Assembly (NCBI RefSeq): GCF_006345805.1
Contig: NC_042998.1
Coordinates: 28,582,001 to 28,646,000, forward strand
DNA length: 64,000 bases
Reading direction: 5' to 3'
Source: Octopus sinensis
Taxonomy: Eukaryota
The position numbers and the translations under genes are program-made. The notes under the pieces are model-generated. The model was not told the origin of the DNA and did not search any database. It saw only the letters and a program-made list of their open reading frames with translations. Below are positions 52,125 to 64,000 of the stretch, piece after piece (position 1 is the first letter of the stretch; every line of letters begins with the position of its first letter).

Positions 52125-52770
52125 TAACAGGAGCGTTAGCACACCAGGTAAAAAGCTTAGCGGTATTTCATCTGCCGCTACATTCTGAGTTCAAATTCCG
52201 CCGAGGTCGACTTTGCCGTTCATCCTTTCGGGGTCGATTAAATAAGTACCAGTTACGTACTGGGGTCGATGTAATCGGCTTAATCCGTGTGTCTGTCCTT
52301 GTTTGTCTCCTCTGTGTTTAGCCCCTTGTGGGTAATAAAGAAATAGGTATTTTATCTGCCATTACGATCTGAGTTCAAATTCCGCTGAGGTCGACATTGT
52401 TTTTCATTCTTTCAGGGTCGATTAAACAAGTACCAGTTACATTTCCTTTGCCTGCCCTTGTTTGTCACCTCTATGTGTAGCCCTCTATGTGTAGCCCTCT
52501 ATGGGCAATAAAGAAATAAATATTTTGATGAACATGGGTGGCAAGCTAGCAGAATTATTAGCACGCCAGGCGAAATGCTTAGCGGTATTTTGTCTGCCAT
52601 TACGTTCTGAGTTCAAAATCTGCTGAGGTCAACTTTGCCTTTAATCCTTTTCGGGGTTGATTAAATAAGTACCAGTTACGTACTGGGCTCAATGTAATCA
52701 ACTTAATCCCTTTGTCTGTCCTTGTTTGTCACCTCTATGTTTAACCTTCAGTGGGTAATAAAGAAATAAA
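52125..52770 (+). mobile_element. Two adjacent SINE-A units (dimer plus monomer)
   Basis: Tail/GGTATT junction at ~52346. Confidence 0.8.
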
Positions 52771-53589
52771 TACTTTTATACAATTCCTAATAAATATTTA
52801 ATTATAAAAAAATAGCAGTTTGCACACATTGAGGGCATATGAGGGCCCACCTGAGGAAAATAGGAATCAAAAAGGCCCACAGGTAAACAACGGTTGTGAA
52901 CCTCTGAGCTAACTATTAACAACAATAACAATACTGGCACACAAGTCAACAACAGACCTGCTAGACATAGCAGTCAAACCTTGCTGAAATCATAGCCTAA
53001 AAGCAACTGCCTTGAAACCAAAGAGATGCATTGGATAATGTAGTCCTAGGAACGTTCAATATGCATAAGACAAGATGTGATGGGCATGGTAGGATAACAT
53101 TTGATCATACGGGAAAGGTGACCTGAGAACTAAGCAGTAATAACAAAATCAGTTAGAAAAGTAAAAGAAAAAAATTAATACAAAGTATATAAGTCTAATA
53201 TTTTAGAACGTAAATGGAAGGCAGAATGATAGATACAGAAACCATACATACAAAAACCAACAAAAAACATGCACAATCCAACACAAAGATATAAACATGC
53301 ACACATGCACTCAAGGGTACATACACACACACACACACAGATATATATAATGTAATGCATACGTACATACATGAATGCATGTATATATATGTATTATATC
53401 ATATATATTATACATTATATATATGTTATGATATATGTTGATAAATTAAGTACCAGTTGTGTACTGGTGTCAATCTAATCAACTGGCCCCCACTCCCCCC
53501 AAGATTTCAGGCCTTGTGCCTAGAATAGAAAAGATTACATTATATATGTATATATACATATATATACATATAAATAAATAAAAAAAAAA

Positions 53590-53627
<38 letters not shown>

Positions 53628-53666
53628 TCGATAGATAGATAGATAGATAAATCAATAGTGATAGAG

Positions 53667-53699
<33 letters not shown>

Positions 53700-54234
53700 C
53701 TTTTGTATATCACATATAAATAAAATATATATAGTTTAATATACATCTTTCTCTGCTTGCATGTATATATTTGTATGTATGTATGTATGTACGTATGTAT
53801 GCATGTATGTGTGTGTGTGCGTGTGTGTGTTGCTAAATAAAGAAGGGCGTTTGGAAAACCTAAAAGTGCAGCTTTGGTACAATGCTGCACAGCTAATGTG
53901 TGCCTTTGCTGCAAGTCAACTACATAACGACTGCTGCTGTTGTTGCTGCTGCTGCTGCTATGAGAACATTTCACACTTGTTAAAGAAAACTACACTTTCT
54001 TGTTTAGTGGAAAGATGTGTTCGTTCGTATGTGTGTGAGGTGAGGTGAGAGCAAGAGAGAAATTAAGAGAGGGAAACAGTAAATCATATATATGTATGTA
54101 TGAATGTATATATATGTATGTATGAATGTATATAATATATATATATATATATATATTTATTGGTGTGCGTTTAGCTTTTGTGTGCATCATGTGAAAGGAA
54201 CACCATTATCTTATATATATATGTATGTATATAT

Positions 54235-54619
54235 CTATTCTTTTACTTGTTTCAGTCATTTGACTGTGGTCTTGCCGGAGCACTGCCTTTAGTCAAACAA
54301 ATGTTGACCCCAGGACTTATTCTTTGGAAGCCTAGTACTTATACTATCAGTCTCTTTTTGCCAAATTGTTAAGTTATGGGGACATAAACACACCAACATC
54401 GGTTGTGAAGCTATGTTGGGGGAAACAGACACACACACACATATACACAGAGGCTTCTTTCAGTTTCCATCTACTAAATGTACTCACAAGGCTTTGGTCG
54501 GTCCAAAGCTGTGGTAGAAGCGATTTGCCCAAAGTGTCATGTAGTGGGAGTGAACCTGGAGACATGTTGTTGGGAAGTAAGCTTCTTACCCCACAGCCAT
54601 TCCTTAGTGTGTGTGTATG

Positions 54620-54673
<54 letters not shown>

Positions 54674-54687
54674 TATATATACATACG

Positions 54688-54723
<36 letters not shown>

Positions 54724-55551
54724 CTATATATATATATTACACATATATATACCCACACACATATATATGTACACATATATATTATATATAATATATATAT
54801 TATTCACACACCCCTATATGTGAGAGAGAGGGAAATGAAGAAGAGAAAGGCAGAGAAAGAAAGACAGAGACAATAGTGTGTATTTAAAACGACCATCTAT
54901 TATCAGAATGAATTTGTAAAATTTGTCTTTTCCTTGTACGTACACGTATCTCTTTATTGGTGTGTGTTTAGCTTTTGTGTGCATCATGTGAAAGGAACAC
55001 CATTATCTTATTGAAAATTTGCCATGTGCAATGAACATGAAGCATGCAAACCCACACAGATAACTACCTACAAAACTACACGTATACATACTTACATAAG
55101 GACAGCCATAAACATATATCTATTTATCTATCTATCTATCTATCTCTTTACTCTTTTACTTGTTTCAGTCATTTGACTGCAGCCATGCTGGAGCACCGCC
55201 TTTAATTGAGCAACTCGACCCCGGGACTTATTCTTTGTAAGCCCAGTACTTATTCTATTGATCTCTTTTGCTGAACCGCTAAGTGACGGGGACATAAACA
55301 CACCAGCATCGGTTGTCAAGCAATGCTAGAGGGACAAACACAGACACACAAACACACACACACATACACATACATATATATACATATATACGACAGGCTT
55401 CTTTCAGTTTCCATCTACCAAATCCACTCACAAGGCTTTGGTTGGTCCGAGGCTATTGTAGAAGACACTTGCCCAAGGTGCCATGCAGTGGGACTGAACC
55501 CGGAACCATGTGGTTGGTAAACAAGCTACTTACCACACAGCCACTCCTGCG

Positions 55552-55587
<36 letters not shown>

Positions 55588-57126
55588 AACATATGAGGAC
55601 ATCTGCATATATATGCACCCACTACATACATTCATACATACATGTGTAAATGAATGCACACTTTCATGTAATACTTGTTCATGTATTGTAAATGTGGTAA
55701 ATGTATGTTGATTGTATTTCAGTACATCCAGGTTGAGAATGATTTTCATAGGGTATATGGTTTCTGCTGCACAGATGGGATAGATAGATAGATTGAGAGT
55801 TGGATATATAGACATAAGTAGCTGTGTATAAAAGTATATATATATGTATATGTTTGTATTTTGTGTATATGTGTATATATATATATATACCCAGTAATGA
55901 CCACAGCATCTTGTTTTGGCTACACGCGGGTGGAAGGGGCTGTTGACACAATCGTTTCATTCACAAATTGAATTCGGTACCCTTGCGGATTCTAGCTCGC
56001 TCTGATGGAGTTGAGTTGGTGCCTTCTGGTATCTCAAAATTCATATATAATCATTTTATGATTATAGTATTCTACGCGAAGAGAAAAGAAGTTTTCGGTA
56101 AGATAGAATTATTTATATTTAATATTTAATTCTTATGCTTTCCTTAAAACGATTTCGAAACGTACGTCCGTGGATACTAAAAAAATTATGATAGATTGCA
56201 GTCCAGTCATTCTCTCTTACCGTTTGTGTCTGCTTCTTCCAATGCTGTTTTTACTGAGATCTCCCTTTTTAGTAAAGAAATAGCTATACCCTTTGACTGC
56301 TATTTCTAATTTCGGTATTTGGTAAGGCACTGTGGCTAAACCCTTATTGCTTAGTATATAAATATATATAGATATATATTTTATACACACATACACACAC
56401 ATATATATAAAGGAATTTTATAAAATTTATAATTAGGCAAATAAAATGCCCACACACACACACGTACACACACATGCCCATACGCACAATATATATATAT
56501 ATATTATGCATTTATTAGCATGGCTGCAGTCAAATGACTGTAAGAATAAAAGAATAAAAAAAAGAGTAAAAGAATAACAGAATATATATTCAGTCCCACT
56601 GTGTGGCATCTTGGGCAAGTGTCTTCTGCTATAGCCCTGGGCCGACTAATGCCTTGTGAGTGGATTTGGTAGACGGAAACTGAAAGAAGCCTGCCGTATA
56701 TATGTATATATATGTATGTATGTGTGTGTATTTGTGTGTCTGTGTTTGTCCCCCTAGCATTGCTTGACAACCGATGCTGGTGTGTGTACTTCCCTGTCAC
56801 TTAGCGGTCCGGCAAAAGAGACCGATAGAATAAGTACTGGGCTTACAAAGAAGAAGTCTCAGGGTTGATTTGCTCGACTAAAGGCGGTGCTCCAGCATGG
56901 CTGCAGTCAAATGACTGAAACAAGTAAAAGAGTAAAAGAGTATATATATATATATATATATATATACATAGGTGCAGGAGTGGCTGTGTGGTAAGTAGCT
57001 TGCTTAACAACCACATGGTTCCGGGTTCATTCCCACTGTGTGTCACCTTGGGCAAGTGTCATCAACTATAGCCCATCAGAGCTTTGTGAGTGGATTTGGC
57101 AGACAGAAACTGAAAGAAGCCCACCA

Positions 57127-57157
<31 letters not shown>

Positions 57158-57360
57158 GTTTGTGTTTCTGTGTTTGTCCCCCCACATCACTTGATGCTGG
57201 TTCCTTTACATCCCCATAACTTAGCAGTTCAGCAAAAGATACTGATAGAATAAATACTAGGCTTACCAAGAAAAAGTCCTTGCAGTGATTTGTTCGCCAA
57301 AAACGTGGTGTGCCAGCATGGCCACAGTCAATTTACTGAAACAAGTAAAAGAGTAAAAGA
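54235..57360. mobile_element. Cluster of SINE-C copies (minus 54235-54605, 55145-55555; plus ~56590-56940, 56968-57360)
   Basis: Homology to 7025-7440. Confidence 0.82.
56071..56174 (+). ncRNA. Type I hammerhead with a 1-nt core deletion
   Basis: TCTACG-C(T)GAAGA-GAAA...TTTC-GAAA-CGTACG-TC-CGTGGA: 6-bp stem I, long stem II, palindromic stem III, U4 missing. Confidence 0.68.
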
Positions 57361-57532
57361 ACAAAAAAATATTATATATAATACATATTATATTATCTGT
57401 GTGTGTATGTGTGCGCCTGTGTGTTGTGTGTATATATATATATATAAAATTGAATAAGGGTATAAATTGATATTAATCAATTAAAAACCAGTGGCCTAGC
57501 ATATTAAAAACAAATCCGAAGATTAAAATATT

Positions 57533-57853
57533 TATACATACAAAATTTAATGGACTGACCACTAAAAGTGGACGGTCAATATGCTAGATATAGATGTCAA
57601 AATCGCTATTTTCCATGAAAAATGTGTTCTCAAGAAAAAAACTCAGCACAAAACCAAAGTGTAAAAAATAAGCAAGACAAATGAAAATATCCGAAATCAA
57701 AAACGATTACCTATGTACTAATTAGTTTCACTTCTTAATATTCACGTATATGCATAAAAATATGCTAGATAGAGACGTCAAGGTGATTTTGACGTCTATA
57801 TCTAGTATATTGACTGTCCACTTTTAGTGGTCAGTCCTTTAAATTTTGTATGT
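57533..57853. repeat. Fold-back with ~70-bp arms enclosing the 3' half of a hammerhead (minus, 57710-57729)
   Basis: ACATACAAAATTTAATGGACTGACCACTAAAAGTGGAC... vs ...GTCCACTTTTAGTGGTCAGTCCTTTAAATTTTGTATGT; GAAA-CTAATTAG-TA-CATAGG. Confidence 0.85.
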
Positions 57854-58599
57854 GTATATATATATATATATATATGTATACCCACAAAGGCATAGACACA
57901 TAGATAAGGCAAGTGATATATATTCACATATATTTTTATGAAGGACATCATTGATTATTCAATTAAAAGTTCCATGTCTAACCCATCATCTGACAAAGAA
58001 TATAAATTTTGTTATACAAAAAATTTCATGAATTTAAATTGAATTTATAAGTAACCTGCTGGACAATATTGACGTAGATTAATATAACCTGTGTTTTAGT
58101 CTCTCTTTCTTTCCTTCTCTCTCTCTCTCCCTCTCTCGCACTTTTTGTTTCTCTTGCTCTCTCACTCTTTGTCTATCACATTTTGTCTTTCTCCTTCTCC
58201 CCTTCTCTTAATCCCTCTCTCTCTTTATCTATCTATCTAGCTATCTATCTATCCATCTATATATCTATCTATCATTTTATATAAGTAATACTTAATAATT
58301 AGGGTTCAGCAAAGATTTGCCTTACCACATACCGCAGTTTAGAAATAGCAGCCAAAAAAAGTTAGCTATTTCTTCTACTTTAAAAAGGGACTCCCAGAAA
58401 AACCAAAATACTTGAAAACAATCCGAATTCTACCTAGTGAAATTATTGATTACTTCTTAATTAATTAATTTTACCCTTTGTTATTATCATTTTATATATA
58501 TAAATATGTGTGTGTAGATAGATAGATAGATAAATAGATAGACAGACAGACAGACAGGTAGATAGATGGATTGATAGATAGACAGATAGATAGATAGAT

Positions 58600-58700
58600 A
58601 AGTTTCTTTATTAGCTACACAGGGCCGAATACAGAGGGGACAAAATACAATGTAGAGATTTTCTTTTTGAAAATATAAAAAAAAGGAGAAAAAAAATTCC
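58600..58700 (-). mobile_element. Tx1/L1-like 3' tail abutting (TAGA)n
   Basis: GTTTCTTTATTAGCTACACAGGGC matches the 13385 and 13972 copies. Confidence 0.55.
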
Positions 58701-58727
58701 GATCAAACAAGATGGCTAGATAGATCA

Positions 58728-59250
58728 TCATCATCATTTAACGTCCGCTTTCTATGCTACATGATTTGGACGATTTGACTGAGGACTGGTGAGCCAGATG
58801 GCTGCACCGGGCACCAATCTGATCTGGCAGAGTTTCTACAGCTGGATGCCCTTCCTAACGCCAACCACTCCAAGAGTGTAGTGGGTGCTTTTACGTGGCC
58901 AGTCAGGTGGTAGTAGCAATGGCCACGCTCAAATGGGGTATTTTTTACGTGCCACCTGTACAGGAACCAATCCAGTGGCACTGGCAATGACCTCACTCGA
59001 AAGTGCCCGTAAGACGATGCTGGTAACGATCACACTCGAATGGTGCTTTTTACGTGCCACTGGCATGGAAGCCAGTTAGCTGCTCTGGCAATGATCATGC
59101 TCGGACGGTGCTCTTAGTGCTCCACTAGCATGTATGCCAGTCATCTAATTTGATTTCGATTTCACTTGCCTCAACAGGTGTTCGCAAGCAGAGTTTAGTT
59201 TCCAGTGAAGGAAAGGTATGCATAAGTGGGCTGGTTACACCCCTGGGATA
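58728..59250 (-). mobile_element. RTE-type retroelement 3' region with (GAT)n tail
   Basis: Minus ends AAAGCGGACGTTAAATGATGATG; contains GGATGCCCTTCCTAACGCCAAC; same terminus at ~47895. Confidence 0.6.
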
Positions 59251-59680
59251 GGCCATAGATAGACAGACAAGCAGTCAGACTGATAGATAGATAGATAGGT
59301 ATTGCATTACATTCTGAGCTTCATCTGTGTGTGTGTGTGTGTTATGCATAATGAAAAGTTTCACCAAATATATATCTATCTATATATATATATATATATA
59401 TAATATATAAATTAGGCTGGGATTTCGTTATTTTCTTTCTCTTTGCCATATACGGGTTGCAAATTCTGTTTGTTTGTGGAGACATTTTTACTAGTAGTAG
59501 AAATAGTGATCTATTTGGCTGCTATTTCTGATATTTTCGGTATGTGGTTTTGAGCAACTTGTTGCAATTAACCCTTTATTATAATTAATATTTCTTACCA
59601 AAATATGGTCATTTCCATACCGAAAAAACTACTAGGTGTGAAAATTTATTTTTATTAAATTAATTATATTTCACCCTTTT

Positions 59681-59713
<33 letters not shown>

Positions 59714-60004
59714 TATTTTGCGTGAAAGCTTGTCAGGGACATAATGGGTGTTGTGACTTTATTGAGGCAGTATTTAGTGTGGCTTGGTGCTTTTCTTGTC
59801 ACTAACCTCCATTTGTTTCCATGCAAGACAATATTGCTTATAGCTTATGAAAGAACAAATTTAGACAATTCAATGATGGCAAACGTTCACCTAGTCTGAC
59901 ACTCACATACCCATTTCTATGTATGTGCATGTGTGTGCATACATACATACATATATATATATACATACATATATATATATACATACACATATATTAATAT
60001 ATAT

Positions 60005-60039
<35 letters not shown>

Positions 60040-60340
60040 GTGGAGGCGCAATGGCCTAGTGGTTAGGGCAGCGGACCCGCGGTCGTAGGATCGTGGTTTT
60101 GATTCCCAGACCGGGCGTTGTGGGTGTTTATTGAGCAAAAACACCTAAAGCTCCACGAGGCTCTGGCAGGGGGTGGTGGCAATCCCTGCTGTACTCTTTC
60201 GCCGCAATTTTCTCTCACTCTTTCTTCTGTTGGCCTGCTCGCTTAGCCAGCGGGGTGGCATCATTCGATGGCTAAAACAATGTGAAGTGCATTGTGACCA
60301 GCGATGTGTAGCAACATCTGATAGCCTGGTCAGTCACAGT
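60040..60340 (+). mobile_element. SINE family B head with a third tail type
   Basis: GTGGAGGCGCAATGGCCTAGTGG head; body diverges after TTCTCTCACTCTTTCTTC. Confidence 0.7.
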
Positions 60341-60611
60341 GATCACAGTGATATATATATATATATATGTATGTATGTATATATGTAGAGAGAAAGAGAG
60401 AGAAAAATAGAGAGGGAAAGAGAGGGAGATAACATGTAATAGGCTTCTTCCTGTTTCTATCCACAAAATTTCACTTACAAATTATCGTGCAACCCACAGT
60501 CATAGTAGAGAGCACCACTTACAGTGGAAGCTAATCCACAGTAGATGGTTATAAAACTAACCTCTTAACTATACACCCATGCCTGTGCCTTTACACACAC
60601 ACACACACACA

Positions 60612-60642
<31 letters not shown>

Positions 60643-60727
60643 CCACTCACACACACATATACCTTGCATTGAAGTTAATGGTGTAACCTCATAGTAAATT
60701 ATGAAACAGCTGTAATGATATGGAAAT

Positions 60728-61115
60728 GCAGGATTGGCTGTGTAGTAAGTCACTTGCTTATCAACCATATTGTTCCGGGTTCGGTCCCACTGCATGGAAC
60801 CATGGGCAAGTGTCTTTTACTATAGCTTTGCGCTGACCAAAGCCTTGTAAGTGGATTTGGTAGATGGAAACTGAAAGAAACCCGTCATGTGTGTGTGTAT
60901 ATATATATGTTTGTGTGTCTGTGTTTGTTCCCCCACCATCGCTTGACAACCGATGTTGGTGTGTTTACATCTCTGTAACTTAGCAGTTTGTTAAAAGAGA
61001 CTGATAGAATAAGTACAAGGCTTGCAAAGAATAAGTCCTGGGGTTGATTTGTTTGACTAAAGGTAGAGGTCCAGCATGGCTGCAGTCAAATGAATGAAAC
61101 AAATAAAAGAATAAA
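60728..61115 (+). mobile_element. SINE family C
   Basis: Head to tail homology. Confidence 0.82.
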
Positions 61116-62029
61116 AGAATTATTTTGCCTTTCACTCTCCTGTTTATATATGTGGGTGGGATGCAGGTGGTTCAAAGATTAAGGCATTCAGTTCACAGTC
61201 ACAAGGTCATGAGGTCAATTCCTGTCAGAGACTTGTGTCCTTGAGCAAGACACTTTATTTCACATTGCTCCAGTCCAATCAGCTGGCAGAAATGTGTAGT
61301 ACCAGTAATTCAAAGAGCCAAGCATGGCTGCAGTCAAATGACTGAAAGAAGTAAAAGAGAAAGAAAGAGAAAAAGAGAGGTCATCCCATTGATTGGATCA
61401 CCTGAAACGCTTGTTGTTGTTCTTGTAACTGACAAAAATACCAATTATATATATGTGTAAAATTATGAATCTTAAAAATAAACCAAAAAGTGGATTGAGG
61501 AAAATATTATGGTTCACCACTCCAGCTTTTTCTCCCTAAATTTTAAAACTAACATAAGCAAGAACTTTCTGTCTCTTTACGATAAGCCTTTCCAGAAATA
61601 CAAAAAGATTTTTAGTTGATACTCACTGAAAATATCATACACCTGCTACCTCAATATGAAGAACATTATCACTCATAAGCATTACCAAAAGCCAACTCCC
61701 AGCTGTAACTGTTGAAACTATGAAGTTTGCCCACCTGACCAGGCATGCATGATAAACTGTCATTCATGAGGCATAATCATAGAGAAATACATTCCAAATA
61801 TAAATGGATCTAAGATATGAAATTTATTGCTGAAAAATCACGTACTTTTTAGATCTAAGAATTCCACCACACTACTTAATTCCAGATACAAAATTTTCAG
61901 CAAATGCAAGCATATGGGACAATTTCTTTTGGCAAATATGAAAATACTTCCCTCTTCAGATTGGGGAGCTTTCCTGCAGACTTTGGACCCCTCTCCATTG
62001 ACTTATTTTATTACAACTATTTTAATTAT

Positions 62030-62304
62030 GTCTTCTATACCTTATTTACATTTGACGATTATTTGTCCTCATCTTGTTTGTTGTTAACACAACGTTTTGG
62101 CTAATAAACCCTCCAGCCTTCATCAGGTGTCTTGGTCAAAATTTCGAATCTTGGTTCTCATTCCTAAGGTATTTTTGATGTTGTTGTTATTATTATTATT
62201 ATTATTATCATTATTATTATTATTATATTCAGGTCACTGCTTGGAAGCAAACTCGGGATTTTGGGGTTAGTAGCCCTCATTCTTAACCACAACGCCATAT
62301 GCCC
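62030..62304 (-). mobile_element. Second tRNA-head + (AAT)n + hammerhead-tail element (HHR 62087-62130, G12 mutated)
   Basis: Minus GGGCATATGGCGTTGTGGTTAAG...GGGCTACTAACCCC...CAGTGACCTG-(AAT)n-...ACAC-CTGATGA-A-GGCTGG...TTAGCC-AAAACGTT-GTGT. Confidence 0.72.
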
Positions 62305-63069
62305 TATATATATGTGTATGTATATTAAATATATATATATATATATATATGTCCTATATATACCCCATATGCCCTATATATGACTATATATATATATATA
62401 TCTAAAAAAATATATATTTCTTAATTGCTAAAGTATTAATCGTTAACTTTTAACCGAGATGAACTGTATTCACGCACTTTCTTGCATTTTCTTATATGCT
62501 TGTACTGATGAGTTGTGTTTCATCTTCCGTGATGTTATACATGTATATTCTATGTGAAAGAAAAAGCATTATGTGATTAAATGTTCGAGATATGAAATGT
62601 TACGTGGATGACCTTGTATTTGTTTGTTCTGCAACCACAGTTTAATATATTTGTCTCATTTAATTGAGCGCTTCTATAGCAATCCTATTAAGCATTTTGT
62701 TCCTGATAAGAAATAATCACTGTATTATTGATATATATATATATATATATATATCTATGTATGTATGTATATCTGCATATCTGTGTGTGTGTATGCAGTG
62801 TACGTTAGATCAACTTTGGGTGTGATATTCTTCAGAGTTTAGACAAAAACTGTGAAGAAGACGCAAATGGAATGTGTCTGTAATTGAAAGAGTGCAACCT
62901 TGTCACATACAGTGAGAACTGTGTGTGTTTGCAATAAGGTAAAAGATGTGTCAGAGGATGCGTATCTCAGTCGCAGGAAGCATAGAACACGATGAGCAGG
63001 TAGTTCTATGGATGCATTGACCAAACAAGTGGAACATTCATTTCAAAACTGACATGAAGTCGTTTTTGT

Positions 63070-63116
63070 GCATACGTACATACATACATACATACATATA
63101 TATATTATATATATAT

Positions 63117-63150
<34 letters not shown>

Positions 63151-63203
63151 GATCCATATATATATACATATTCATATACACCCTATCTATATATACATTA
63201 TTC

Positions 63204-63237
<34 letters not shown>

Positions 63238-63427
63238 TCATATATATATACTACATTTCATATATATATATATAATATATACACCTAAATAGATCTATAT
63301 ATACATGTATATTTATACATACATCTCACATTGTGTGACACATAAACATACAAACACACACACTTATACACACATACTACACATACTATACAAACACAAA
63401 CAATTTATATACATATATTTATTATAC

Positions 63428-63459
<32 letters not shown>

Positions 63460-63538
63460 TATATATGTATATATATACATATATTATAAGTATATATATA
63501 TTACATACATGTATATATCTATATAAGAAAATACACAA

Positions 63539-63570
<32 letters not shown>

Positions 63571-63751
63571 CCGCACACACATACACACATATATGTAATA
63601 TATATATATGTATATATATATTATATGTGTTTATATATATATGTTTTATATATATGTATTATATATGTATGATAATATATATATATATATGTATTTTAAT
63701 ATATATATTATATATATGTATATATATATATATAGTGTTGTATATATATTG

Positions 63752-63785
<34 letters not shown>

Positions 63786-64000
63786 GTTATTATATATATG
63801 TATATATATAATATGTATATATATATATATGTATATATATATATTATATATATATATGTGTATTATATATAGTTGTGTATATATATATGTATATAATATA
63901 TATAAGTATATATATATGTGTGTATATATATATGTGTGTAATATATATATGGTGTGTATATATAATATTATATGATATATAATGTGTAATATAATAGCTG
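63070..64000. repeat. Degenerate (TA)n-rich low-complexity tract
   Basis: Direct reading. Confidence 0.97.

Overview
Eukaryotic, AT-rich, microsatellite-dense DNA. The repeat landscape looks like an octopus (cephalopod) genome; this is inferred from pattern, not from a search. No host protein-coding gene could be supported, and most listed ORFs are microsatellite or SINE read-throughs. The window is a mosaic of four tRNA-headed SINE families (called A-D here), decayed DNA transposons (mariner, two Tc1, hAT, Tigger-like), three non-autonomous Helitrons, RTE 3' ends, an internally deleted Tx1/L1-type LINE and a Penelope-like (PLE) GIY-YIG fragment. The main hidden signal is a set of about a dozen type I hammerhead ribozyme (HHR) motifs from several sequence families. 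Most have a self-complementary stem III and sit in fold-back structures next to (TA)n; one looks fully intact (21861-21941). Four lie in a palindrome chain around the PLE fragment (24.5-28.2 kb). A tRNA-like head is fused via (AAT)n to an HHR-bearing tail in two dispersed copies. Separately, a Tx1-like LINE and SINE-A share a 3' tail that repeatedly abuts one motif (GGTATTTCGTCTG) inside SINE-A itself. Repeat boundaries are approximate (a few to tens of bp) unless stated.
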